NCBI RefSeq assembly: GCF_004010195.1
Contig: NC_057749.1
Coordinates: forward strand, 23,418,999-23,482,998
Origin: Chiloscyllium plagiosum
Lineage: Eukaryota
DNA length: 64,000 nucleotides
Direction: 5' to 3'
This document shows, piece after piece, positions 50,111-61,699 of the stretch (position 1 is the stretch's first letter; each line of letters begins with the position of its first letter). The position numbers and the translations under genes were made by a program. The notes below the pieces were generated by a model. It searched no databases. It was not told the DNA's origin and saw only the letters and a program-made list of their open reading frames with translations.

Positions 50111-51229
50111 GGTACACATGGACCTAAAAGTGAAGTTTCTTTTCCCCAATGGGTCTGAACTCACCACACCTATTAGGTCTGTGCAGGTCAAGACCTTCAG
50201 TTTTCAACATCTCTTCAGTTTCATATACGCAAATAAAGGATGCCCAACCTGAAGTATAGTCCAGCATTTTCTATTACTAATCTCAGATCTGTATTACCCC
50301 AACCTCTCTGCTATCTACTGTTGAAAGCAGATTACATGCATTGTCTTCCAATTCAAGACGACCATTCAAGAACCTTGAATTCTTAATGAAGAAAAGTAAT
50401 TATTGCAAACCCAAGACTTCAAGATGTCAGCTTTACTCAAAGATGGAATCACAATTTTCCACACAGGGCAAATGGTAGTCATACTAAACCCTGTGAATGG
50501 AAACAGACCAACGCTTTTTGATCTGGTTGTCACGGGAAAATAAACACAAACCGAAATGGTTTGCAAATCAAGTGACAGATTTCACACTTAATCCACAAAA
50601 CAGACAACTGAGCTTTTGGAGACAGAGCCAGAAACAGAGAAAAAGAGACAATGCAACTTCTACTGTGAAGAACAGAAAAAGCCTACTTTTGTGTTAGCAA
50701 TAAGCAGGATGCTGAGGAAAGCTTGTTTGAAGCCAAGAAAATTGAACATATGGAATTTGAAAATTTCATCTCTCAGATGAAAATCAGTTCTGAAAACTCA
50801 GACCGAGTGGAACAATTTTGACTGATGCTCTACATGTTGATGGAAGTTCATGTCTGAGAAGTTATCAAACAGTTCTCATTCCGACCTCAAGTTCAGTTAC
50901 TGAATGCCTCGAACCCTCAATTCTCAGGACTAACCGCAATTAGAACAATAGTATTCAACACGGGCACTGCTCATGGAGGGCTCCAACTTAGTGGACTCAA
51001 ATGGCCATGCAACTCTCACCTGCACCTTCAGGTGACTGCTTAAGGTATGTCCACCTCATAACGGTGACACTACAATTATGGCCTTTCTTAACATGTTACA
51101 GTTGAGTCAAAAGGTAACATCTGTATTGCAGCACCTTCACATGGTTTAATTGCTCAGCTATTCAGTGAGGTCAGTACGGAGAAACCTTTCTTTTCCCAGA
51201 ATTCATTATTACAGGAGATAGCTACATAC

Positions 51230-51356
51230 CTTCAGCAGGTCAAGTTCTGCTGTTTTCCAGGCGCATCCCCAATTAAGTTTCCTGACACCAGTAGGATCAG
51301 CCCACGCAAATAGTCGTGCCTCTCCGGGGTCAAGTATCAACTCATCCTGTAATCCA
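51230..51356 (-). CDS. VPS13C: VPS13C exon (S)GLQDELILDPGEARLFAWADPTGVRKLNWGCAWKTAELDLLK
   Basis: 127 nt, cag/gtatg, phase 2-0. Confidence 0.95.
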
Positions 51357-51999
51357 CTGTCAGTCAGGAAAGGAGGAAGGAACAGTTAGGACATGCTAAA
51401 TTACTTGCGAACAAGGCTTTTTGTTTTTCAGAAATATTGTACTTCTATTCCAGCGCAGAGACAGAGACATTCACAGAAACTAACACCTATACATTCATTT
51501 AAGCAGCTGCAGCAGAAATTTAGGTACAAAGAAGCTGGAACATAATCCTGTGTGTTCAGATAAACGATTGTGTGTTCACAATCCAACATTTTTAAAATCA
51601 CTAATTGTTAAGAAAAGTGGAATAAAATTACATGCTACTTCTAAAGCTCTACACACATGCAATGAGTTACAAAGTAGAAATATATCTCAGGTCTCAGCTA
51701 AAAATAAACGTATAGAATTTTGACCCATAACATAACTATTTTACAAGTTACTGTGCAAATACATCTTCTTCATTAGGTGCCACTATTGAGCACACCTGTT
51801 TCTGGTCAGAATATCAAGCATATGATCTACTGCCTGGCCCAGATAATTGAGAAACATGAAGATTATGTAAAGAAGTTACAATCTTACTTGAAACAGAAAT
51901 GACCGATGTTGGAGGAGGGGTTCTCAGTGAGGGACGATAGAGTTCAACAAGTGTCAAAATAAAATTATGTTCTATGAAGTGTTCACCTCAATGTAAATA

Positions 52000-52560
52000 A
52001 AACTGCTTGGATTTATATAATGCTTTTCAGGTACCTGCCCAATAATCTAAAGCACCTACAGTTGACAAATTGCAGTCACTGCTTTGCAGTCCAAGTCAAC
52101 AACTGGACATACCCAAGACCCATTCTCTCAGCAGCGGGTGAGAGAAACTGTCATTTGTTCGTTTTGCTGGGGCTGGTTAAAGGAAGAAGTTGGCTATGAA
52201 AACCAAAAGATCTGTAGATGCTGGAAATCAGAAATAAAAACAGAAATTGCTGGGAAAACCCAGCAGGTCTGACAGCACCTGTGGCAAGAAATCAGAATTA
52301 ACGTTTTGAGTTCAGTGAGTCTTCATCAGAACTAGATTGTTGTGAGGAAGGGTCACTGGATCCGAACATGAACTGATTTCTCTCCAGAGAAGCTGCCAGG
52401 CCTGCTGGGCATTTCCAGCAATTTCTGTTTTTGTTTTTAAGTTGGCTATGAAAATGGGAAAGCATCCAGTTATTACTTTAAACTGTGCCACAGAAGCTTC
52501 CAAGAAGAGATGGAACCTCCATTTAATGCTATCCAAAGGACAGTGAAAATGGAGCATCGA
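52000..52560 (-). mobile_element. Ancient DeuSINE-like relic interrupted by palindromic family B insert (52203-52438)
   Basis: Tail gatttatataatgcttttca plus Deu-like words; 16-bp TSD aagttggctatgaaaa at 52187-52202 and 52439-52454. Confidence 0.65.
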
Positions 52561-53349
52561 TAGGCAGTCATACACTTGCTAGATTGTATATTAAGTGAAA
52601 TGAATCTTTTCCCACAACTGACTCAGAGGCAAAATTGCAACCTCTCAGCAGAAAAAAATATTTGCTGTGCTCTTCCAGCACCACTAATCCAGAAAGAAAC
52701 ATTAGGTCTTACGTCCTCTAGAGAGGACTATTTCATCAAGTTGATTGCTCTTATTAACTCTTTCTTTGGTCCAGAGAGTCTGGTCGACGATATTCTTGTG
52801 AAGGGCCTTGAGATGTTTGTCCCAAATTAAAGGCATCATACAAACGTTTGTGCATGTCTCTGGCGAATATTAAGTGCTTAATAGGAAATGTAGAACATTA
52901 TATAAAAATGTTTAAAGTTTATTTCAAAGTAATTCGAAATAAGTTAATTCAGAGGTTGTGAGAGAACACAAGGAAACAGAAAACATCATACTGTCACACA
53001 CAAGGATATTTTACACAACGTATAGACTTGAGAAGTTGAGGGCCAAGTACAGGTGTTACAACTAACAGAACAATATCAGTGAGGGAAAAAAAATCAAGTG
53101 TCAAGCTCATAGTTTTCATGTAATTAGGGATCTTGAAATAAGTCTAAGGTACTCAGACACACAAAAAATACTATCATAGTTTTTTTTTTATCAGTTATAC
53201 TTGTAGTCACTTGGTAGTACAAAACTTGAATGCTGCACCAATCAGAATAATTAGTAAGAATTCCAATTCAAGAAGAAAAGTAACATTTGTCCTGTATGAA
53301 AGGAGAGTGCTCAGTGGTTGACAAATGGACTCAAAAATTGGTGGTGGTG

Positions 53350-54180
53350 TTGATAATGCAGAGGACCATCTCAAGCTTGGCTAGTAATTTGGGCAGAGCA
53401 ATGGCAGACAGAATTTAATCCTGTTAAGTGTGAGGCAATGCATTTTGGAATGTCTAATAAGGAAATGATATACAGAATGATTAGTGGGTTCCTAGGGAAT
53501 ACTGAGGAACAAAGAATCTTCGGTTGACAAGTTCATAGACACCCTGAAGGTGTCAGCACAAGTGGACAGGGTGGTGAACAAGGCATATGGGATACTTCCC
53601 TTCATAACCCAGGGTTTGAGAATATAGGAGCAAGGAAGTCTTGTTACAACAGTAGAGAGCATTGTTTTCGCCACAGATGGGATAATGTGGGCAGTTCACT
53701 TGGCACACTATCAAAAGGATGTGAATGCTCTGGAGAGGGTGCAGAGGAGACCAACCAGGATGTTGCCTGGGGTGACAATAAAGAGAAACTGGACAAGTTA
53801 TGTTTGTTTACCTTGGAACAGAGAAGGCTAAGGGAGAGTCTCATTGAGATACTCAAGAGACAGAGAGGGGAGATCGTGTGAACTCATCCCCCATGGCAGA
53901 CGTATCCAAGACCAGAGGACCATGTGTGAAGTAAGCCATAAGTGGATTAAAGGTCGGAGGAAAACGATTATTATCCATATGGTGGTAGAAATATCAAACA
54001 TGCTAACTGTGAGTGTGGTGGAGGCAGGCACTTGCTCACCATTTAAAAAGCATCTGGGTGAGCACTTAAAGTGCCAGGCCATCATAGGCTATGGACCAAG
54101 AGCACGTAAATGGGATTAGCGTTTGTTGGTCAACACAGACACAGTGGCCTGAAGGGCCTGCTTTTATGCTGTATGGCTCT
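53350..54180 (+). mobile_element. CR1 ORF2 3' fragment
   Basis: tggcagacagaatttaatcct..aagtgtgagg..cattttgg; LCLFTLEQRRLRESLIE. Confidence 0.85.
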
Positions 54181-54724
54181 CAAAGTGAGAAGGGCTGACT
54201 TTTTCCAGCAATATTCAAGTCATATTTATCTTTACATGTTAGCTCTGGTTTCTCCTTCCACAGATTTTACCAGATCTGCTGAGTATTTCCAGCATTTTCT
54301 GCTTTTATTTTAGGTTTTTGGCATTTGCAGTACTTTGCTTTTAATAATCACTAAGAGGACTTCGCATTCTTCCTCAAAAAGGATCTTTTTCTATTCATTA
54401 ATGGGATGTGTGTGTGGGGCTGGCTAGACAGTATTTATTGCACATCCCTAATTACCCAGAGGGCAGTTAAGAGTCAACCATATTGCTAGGGTCTGGAGTC
54501 ATATGTAGGCCAGACAAGGATACCAGTTAGACATTAGATGGGTTTTTCCAACAATCGACAATGGAGTCATGGTCATCATTATGACACTTAAATCCAATTC
54601 TATTTTTAAAAATGATTTCAAATTCCATCATTTGCCAAAGAGGAATTCAAATCTGGCTGCCCAGAACTTTATCTAGGTCTGTGGATTAAAAGTCCACCTA
54701 TAACACCACTGGGCCATTCCCTCC

Positions 54725-55360
54725 CCAGGGAATCTTTACATCTCGGAGAGGGACAAAAGGGCTTCATATAAATGGGTCCTCTGGAAAACAGGGTTTCAAC
54801 AAGAGCAGCACTCCTTCAGAATTAGCCTATATTATGTGCTCAAGTCTACAAAACTGAACCCAGAATCTTCTGACTCAGAGACAAGAAAACTACCAATAAA
54901 CCAAGTCTAAGACCTGACGTTATTTGGTATTTGTACCAAAGTGTAATGGCTGCACCAAATGGATCATACAAATAACACATCATGATTATAAATAGGTAAT
55001 TCAAGATTATCAAAGACAGTGAGACTGATCTACTTAAGCCGAAATATTTTTCCCTCCATTTTATTTGCACTTTGGTTTAGGTAGCTTTGAAATCCTATCC
55101 AGAATTTAAGCAAAGCTAAATTCTTTCAGCTGAGACATTAAACTGAGGCCGTCTACCTGTTGAGACACTCAATCTCCTCGAGAGCTCCACAGATGTTCTT
55201 GAGCCAATAGGTTGAGCTAAAATATCTCATGCAAACTTCACAAGTGGAACATTCAAATACCCTGAGATTCTTCCTTCAAACACCAATAAATTATTACCTG
55301 GCCATGCACTGCAATGCTGTTGGTGGGACTTGAAGAACAAAATGAATGATTCAGCAGACG
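54725..55360. mobile_element. DeuSINE-like relics (54725-54905 minus, 55070-55360 plus)
   Basis: ttctgactcagag head; gagacattaaactgaggccgtct..gctgttggtgggacttg Deu-like words. Confidence 0.5.
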
Positions 55361-55372
55361 TGTTGCACATAC

Positions 55373-55506
55373 CTTTGCTTGAAGCGAAACTTCACTGCTG
55401 TGGTGTGATTAATGATTAGAGCAGGTGCAGAACCATCATAATAGTCTGTAAAAGTGATCACTGTGGCATGGTCAGCTACGTTCACATCCACTATAATGCC
55501 ACCACA
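55373..55506 (-). CDS. VPS13C: VPS13C exon CGGIIVDVNVADHATVITFTDYYDGSAPALIINHTTAVKFRFKQ
   Basis: 134 nt, tag/gtatg, phase 0-2. Confidence 0.95.
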
Positions 55507-55909
55507 CTACCAAAACAAAACAAAATGCAGAAGATCAACTCACAGCTCAACTCAAGATTGAATTCTGAAGTGTAAGATTGTAAAACATTAGCAATGGTTT
55601 AGTAGACTTCTTATATCTATATTAGTGCTGCAGAGAACTAAGAAGATTGATCACAGAAATATGAGAATGAAAAACCAAGTTTCTTTACCCATTTTGCAAA
55701 ACACCATCTGCATAATAAAAGGAGGGGTGTGCACATGTAAGGGTTTTTAAATTCAATTCCTCACGATTTCCATTGCATCTACCTGCCAATTATGAACTGG
55801 ATTTTTTAAAAAAATCAAACTTAATTAATTCTGCCTTGTGGAATTTTGCTCACTCTATGTACATCTGAATTGCTCAAAATTAGATGGATTTTTAAACAAG
55901 TCTACTGCA

Positions 55910-56395
55910 AATCTACTAGGAGAAAGTGAGGACTGAAGATGCTGGAGATCAGAATCGAGAGCGCAGTGTTGGAAAAGCACAGCAAGTCAGGCAGAATCAG
56001 AGGAGCAGGAAAATCGACATTTCGGGCATAAGCCCATCATCAGGAACCAGTGGCTGACAAACTTTAGGGCAGAGGAATGACCTGGAGGGTGCAGTGAGAG
56101 AGGGACTCACTGAGATCCTTGTGGAGAGAGGAGGAGAACTTCTTCAAGGTAAGCATCCTTGGAAGAGGCTTCACTGTAAGGTTAAAATCTACTAGGAGAA
56201 AGTGAGGACTGCAGATGCTGGAGTTCAGAGTCGAGAATGTTGGGCTGGAAAAGCACTGCAGGTCAGGCAGCATTCAAGCAGGAGAATCAACCTTCCGGGC
56301 TTTCCTGACTAAGGGCTTTCATCTGAAATGTCGATTCTCCTGCTCCATGGATGCTGCCTGACCTGTTGTGGTTTTCCAGCACTACACGCTTGACT
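55910..56395. mobile_element. Family A Penelope-type array: two tandem minus-strand repeats plus an inverted copy
   Basis: aaatctactaggagaaagtgaggact occurs twice; 14-bp TSD cta(c/t)tgcaaatcta at 55902-55915 and 56394-56407. Confidence 0.85.
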
Positions 56396-57899
56396 ATTGC
56401 AAATCTAGTTTATATTTTCTGCCATCCTTAAACAATTGGTCATAATCCAAACAGCATTTCCTTTGGTGCTTGAAAATTGATATTCTTTGAAGTTTAGTGT
56501 TTTAGGTGGCCCAAGCAGGCTTTTAGATTGACTATGCTCTCAGTATGGCTTGGGTAACTTAGAGCTAAAGTACGTACTATTCAAGGATAGTCAGACCCTT
56601 GCACTGATGGTAGAAGAATTCCTATTCTGCCACAGGAACAATAACACAATAGCAAAATACTGTGGATTTTGGAAATCTGAATCAGACTAGAAATACTCAT
56701 GTCCACCAATGTCAGGACAGAGAAAATGTGTTGAATGTTTCAGGTTAGTTGTCTTTCATCAGAATGTAGTTAATGACCACTTGACTAGCTTTTTGTCCTA
56801 GATATATTTTTGTTTAATTGAAATCCAAGACTAAGTCTAAGTCTAAGTGGTAATATGCTGCGATTTCAATTTGTCGGCAGATTATCACTTTAGGCCTCTA
56901 TATTGCATATCCAGTAACACAACTACCATGTTCCTGCTCCCAGCTGCAGCCACATCAATAACCTGGTCGCTCCAGGTTTCTAAACATCTCACTCCCATGC
57001 ACCCCCTTAGCATCCCACAGCAACACTCTGCCTCATATCCAAGTAAGTGTGCCATCCATCAGCCTTTTGCAACAGGTGTCATACTGCTGTAAAATTTCTT
57101 TAACAGCGTACGAACCATCGCTTCTAACATCCAGCTGCAGGACCACAGGACAAAATCATTTGGTCATTAACTCTTTCCTTAAATTGAGATAGATGAAAAA
57201 TAGCATCCTCCATCTAAATGATCTACTTTTTTCAGTAAAACACAGACAAAAAGAGTTTTGAACATTTTTTTGTCTAATATTTAGATATTTGATATGCTGA
57301 CAAAAATTGGCCACCCGACTGTTGCATACCTAATGTTCTACATGCTTCATAGCTTAGAGTGACAAACTGCTATAGTAATGAACTACAGCACCATCAATGC
57401 TGACATCCAAAATGGAAAAGGAAATTCAGAATTATATTAAGTTGCGCTTTGGACACTACTAGCCTCACAACTGACATCAGCTTAACAGGTCGCTGCAGAG
57501 TATAAAGGCCCAATACTGTGGTCTTTACTCATCTTGTTAATTTAAAAAGGTATGTTAATGAAATTCTCATGCTGTGAGAGTTATAGACCAAAGATTTTAA
57601 TAAACTATACAAATAGTTCCTAATTGTGATTTGAATTATTTTTGGATAAAGGAGGATGGAGGAATAACATGAAAATATTGAGATAGGTGGATTCAATAAG
57701 AAAGATACAGGTTGATGGCTCCCACTTCTTGTCCCAACCATTTTATGCCTAAAACTGTGTTTACAGGAAGGCAGAGAACTTCCATTTGGCAATTTACTCA
57801 CAGCAGACAGTCAACCTCTGCTCTCCATTTTAGTCCAAATTAAAAGAAAAATCTTCATCACCAATGAGAATATCAACTAAGCAAACCACACGAACTTAC

Positions 57900-58028
57900 C
57901 ACATGTTCCAGACTCAACAATGTGCCATTGTCTTGCTTATTATAGAAGAAAGACTTTGAATTCAGTTCAGAACCAACCACTCTTACACAGAGCTTACTTG
58001 TTGTTGTTTCAGGCCAGAAAGGAAGACA
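57900..58028 (-). CDS. VPS13C: VPS13C exon CLPFWPETTTSKLCVRVVGSELNSKSFFYNKQDNGTLLSLEHV
   Basis: 129 nt, cag/gtaag, phase 0-0. Confidence 0.95.
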
Positions 58029-59253
58029 CTGAAAGAAAATTAGAAACATTTGTGGTGTTTTCAGAGGAACTGTCTATTCAATGGATACGACATTAAAACT
58101 AACAACATGGAATTCTGCGAACCATTCTATATACAACTTGGTCAAAATAATTTGTTCAAATCAAACAGAATTACATTATTTAAGAAACTGTTACCAGTAT
58201 CAGCATACATTTAATAATGTTCAGGTCAATGTTCTGTTCACCTCATGGAAAAAATAAAGTCTTCATATTGAATGCTTGCACCATACTATCAAAATGCATT
58301 ATTTCCTTACTGCTGCATGTTGGAAAGGACACTAACTTGCTGGGAAAATGAAATTAAGACTCAACTTGGGGATAGAAAAATTGCTAATAAACCTCACTAT
58401 ATAATATGCATTAGTCCACACAATTTTATCAAATACATAAACACATGTTCTGGTGTAACTACACCAATCTCTCCTGATATCCAAATTCAAAAATTTAAAT
58501 CACAAATGATTTTGAACTTCAATACAAACTTTAATTTCACTTTCTCATTTGACACAGAAGTAACTGCAAGGGTAACTGAATAAAAAAGTACTGAAGTGCT
58601 CAAATGGTGAACAAACATCAGAACTGGGAATCCAGTCACTTAGTAGGAAGCAACGTTTGATATGTGTCCTCTGCCCCAATATTTATGGCACTGATGTAAA
58701 TACTAATCATTAAATTTGCGGAGAGATCTGAGCAAATATCCAGGTATTGAAGAAGTCTGTTCTTTTCTTCAGGGTAAGTTACTTAAATGGGGAGAACCCA
58801 AATGTGACTGCTTTCCAGTGAAGCAGATGGGAAGGAACATCAACGTCACAATTATGAAAACCAGTACTCCCTGCTTTGAATTTATTAGATTCGGAATAGT
58901 GGAGATAATTGCTTGGAAACGTTATGAAATATTTGGCAAAGATACTGTATGAAGTATTAGGTTCAGAACAGAATGAACATGGAGGAGGTGAAGAGGCTGT
59001 CTATATAAAATCACCTAAAATGTTCAGGAACACAACAGAATCCTTGTTATGTCTATCAAAGTACTGTGCACTTTGTATTTGTATTCTGCTAATGATGCAC
59101 TTCTTCATTAAAGGAGCCAGCAGGTGGTAAAGTGGATGCATTAAATACGTGCTAAATTCTTGTGTAGTAATTACATATGTTGCTCCTGTAAATTTGTCTT
59201 CAGCAAATAGGCTATTTTCACATTTATACACCAACGGAAACACTATGTTATAC

Positions 59254-59418
59254 CTCCACTGCTGAAATATAAATCCACCGGCCACTGTCTAATTGGCCAG
59301 CAGGCTGATCTTCTCCAACTTCCAGTTCATAGGAAGACTTATTAACTAATGTGTAGAATGGAGTTAGGGTAACAACTTTGGTCATGTTGAAACTGCTCAT
59401 CTTAATGGTTACGCCAAT
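59254..59418 (-). CDS. VPS13C: VPS13C exon (VAB region) IGVTIKMSSFNMTKVVTLTPFYTLVNKSSYELEVGEDQPAGQLDSGRWIYISAVE
   Basis: 165 nt, cag acceptor, gtataa donor, phase 0-0. Confidence 0.93.
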
Positions 59419-59517
59419 CTGTAATTTAAGAAATAAATTAGTTATTAACGGTTCTTACAGCAAAGATTGTCGACCTTAAAAAGTGATCTTGCACACAGAA
59501 TGACCTTCCAAAAACCA

Positions 59518-59642
59518 TTCCTGAAGAAGGGCTTATGCCCGAAACGTCGATTCTCCTGTTCCTGGATGCTGCCTGACCTGCTGCACTGTTCCAGCAACAC
59601 ATTTTCAGCTCTGATCTCCAGCATCTGCAGACCTCACTTTCT
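59518..59642 (+). mobile_element. Family A Penelope-type short insert with intact minimal hammerhead core
   Basis: CTGAAGA 59521-59527, GAAACGTC 59541-59548; 14-bp TSD ccttccaaaaacca at 59504-59517 and 59643-59656. Confidence 0.88.
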
Positions 59643-60164
59643 CCTTCCAAAAACCAAACCAAATCAAGGACCAGCAATGCATTTCAGGCTCATGAAGAAA
59701 AGGAAATTGCCAAATTTCCTATAAAGGAACTGTAAATGAAGATATATGATTGGAGGGGGCAATTATAAAGCTATGACATCTATCATTAAAAGTAGGTACT
59801 ATGGTGTGGACAGGGACAGTACTTTTCCAACAGGCAGATAATTGCAAAAATGAAGACCATTAACATGTGACTGAATTGAGATATTCTGAATCATTGAGAG
59901 ATCCAACAAATATAGTTTAAAAAAAACTTGGAGAAATATAGAATAATTGGGCATGCATAGCTGGGTTATTCAGGAGTGAAATCAGGAATTACCTTCCCAC
60001 ACTAAGTATTGTGGAAGTTAAGAATTCCCATAATCTCAAGAGAGGGATTGGGATGTGGAGGATCAAGAATGACATCAACATATCTGTTTTTAAAGTGAGG
60101 TAGAGATAGGGAAATAAGAGTCAAAACAGATGATCCATGAGCTAACTAAAGACAGAATTGAATA

Positions 60165-60603
60165 GAGCCATAGAGATGTACAGCACGGAAACAGACACTT
60201 CTGTCCAACTCGTCCATGCCGACCAGATATCCCAACCCAATTTAGTCCCACCTGCCAGCATCCAGCCCATATCCCTCCAAACCCTTCCTATTCATATATT
60301 CATCCAAATGACTCTTAAATGTTGCAACTGTACCAGCCTCCACCACTTCCTCTGGCAGCTCATTCCATACACGTACCACCCTCTGTGTGAAAACGTTGCC
60401 CCTTAGGTCTCTTTTATATCTTTCCCCTCTCACCCTAAACCTATGCCCTCTAGGTCTGGACTCCCCGACCCCAGCAAAAAGACTTTGCCTATTTACCCTA
60501 TCCATGCCCCTCATAATTTTGTAAACCTCTAAGGTCACCCGTCAGCCTCCGACGCTCCAGTGAAAACAGCCCCAGCCTGTTCAGCTTCCCCTATAGCTCA
60601 AAT
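60165..60603 (-). mobile_element. Young CR1 3' fragment
   Basis: Track ORF 60242..60538 EVYKIMRGMDRVNRQSLF..FTQRVVRVWNELP. Confidence 0.92.
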
Positions 60604-60933
60604 CAAGAGGTTTAATGTCCTAACCCTCTTTCTAAGTTGCACTGAAATCCTAACAGAAAGCTCACATCTCAAAAAGATATAAAAGTGCCTAATATTAAAT
60701 CCAACAGTCAAGAAGAATTCAAGATACTGGATATATTTTCAGTTCTTCGTTACAATTTTGGACAGCATCCCAAAACAATGAGAGTAAGGTTACTGAAAGA
60801 TAATTACTAAATAATAAAGCAGCACAATCTAGGAACAGGAGCTAAACTACAGAACATCATGCATTATAATCTCTAGATTATGTGTTTTATATGCAAATTT
60901 CCACAGGGATAAGGATGGGGACATGAATACAAG

Positions 60934-61149
60934 AAGAAAGTGAGGACTGCAGATGCTGGAGATCAGAGTCAAAACTTGTATCGCTGGAAAAGCGCAGCCG
61001 GTCAGGTAGCGTCCGAGGAGCAGGAGAGTTGACAATTCGGGCATAAGCCCTTCATCAGGAATGTTGAAGAGCTTATGCCTGAAACATCAACTCTCCTGCT
61101 CCCGGGATGCTGCCTGAGTGGTTGTGCTTTTCCAACACCACACTTTTTA
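60934..61149. mobile_element. Palindromic family A Penelope-type insert
   Basis: 13-bp TSD acatgaatacaag at 60921-60933 and 61150-61162. Confidence 0.85.
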
Positions 61150-61219
61150 ACATGAATACAAGGCTCATTAAGCGCTGTGGGAAAGAAGGAAACAATATCA
61201 TGGGATATTGATACAAATA

Positions 61220-61510
61220 TGGGCAGCACAGTGGTTAGCATTGCTGCTTCATAGCACTAGGGACCCAGATTTGGTTCCAGCCTTGGATGGCTGTTGCGTG
61301 GAGTTTGCACATTCTCCCAGTGTCTGTGTGGGTTTCCTCCAGGTGCTCCAGTTTCCTCTCAAAGTCCGAAGATGCGCAGGCAAGGTGGACTCGCCATTCT
61401 AAATTACCCCGTAGCGTCCTGGGAATGTGCAGGCAAGTTGAATTAGCCATGGTAAATGTGGGGTTACAAGGATAGGGTGGGATGCTTTTTGGAGGGTCAG
61501 TGCAGACTGT
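61220..61510 (+). mobile_element. HE1-type V-SINE
   Basis: gggcagcacagtggttagcattgctg, V domain. Confidence 0.85.
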
Positions 61511-61699
61511 CAGGAGCCAATGAATCTACACTGGAGTAGGAGAAAACTGCATATTATTAGCAAGCTCTTCTGTAATTAACAGTGATCAGAGTTGTAATTG
61601 AAAGGATGAACGGGGTGGTCGCAAAGACTTCATTAAAGCCAAGAGTGAGGGAGGTGCTCAACTGGAAAAGTTTTCACATAACTTGTGAAATGAATAGGG

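Larger units (their letters stand above)
1796..59418 (-). other. VPS13C: VPS13C gene, partial (22 C-terminal coding exons; bridge-like lipid transfer protein)
   Basis: 22 exons splice GT-AG into one stop-free 871-codon frame. The peptide DKEYQQKRREEMNRQPKDFGDSLAKGGKGFLRGVVGGFTGIVTKPVEGAKKEGAAGFFKG matches recalled VPS13C better than VPS13A. Confidence 0.96.

Noticed and set aside
58716..58952. Plus-strand ORF with a donor-like cagggtaagt, possible antisense exon
   Set aside because: No recognisable protein similarity and no partner exons
1796..59418. Assignment to VPS13A
   Set aside because: Diagnostic stretches (DKEYQQKRREE..QPKDFGDSLAKGGKGFLRG, KPVEGAKKEG, CLPFWPE) follow recalled VPS13C rather than VPS13A
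1019..61149. Palindromic inserts as DNA-transposon MITEs or CRISPR-like repeats
   Set aside because: Arms are unequal, solo arms occur, TSDs are long and variable, one copy is attached to a PLE RT, and there is no repeat-spacer periodicity
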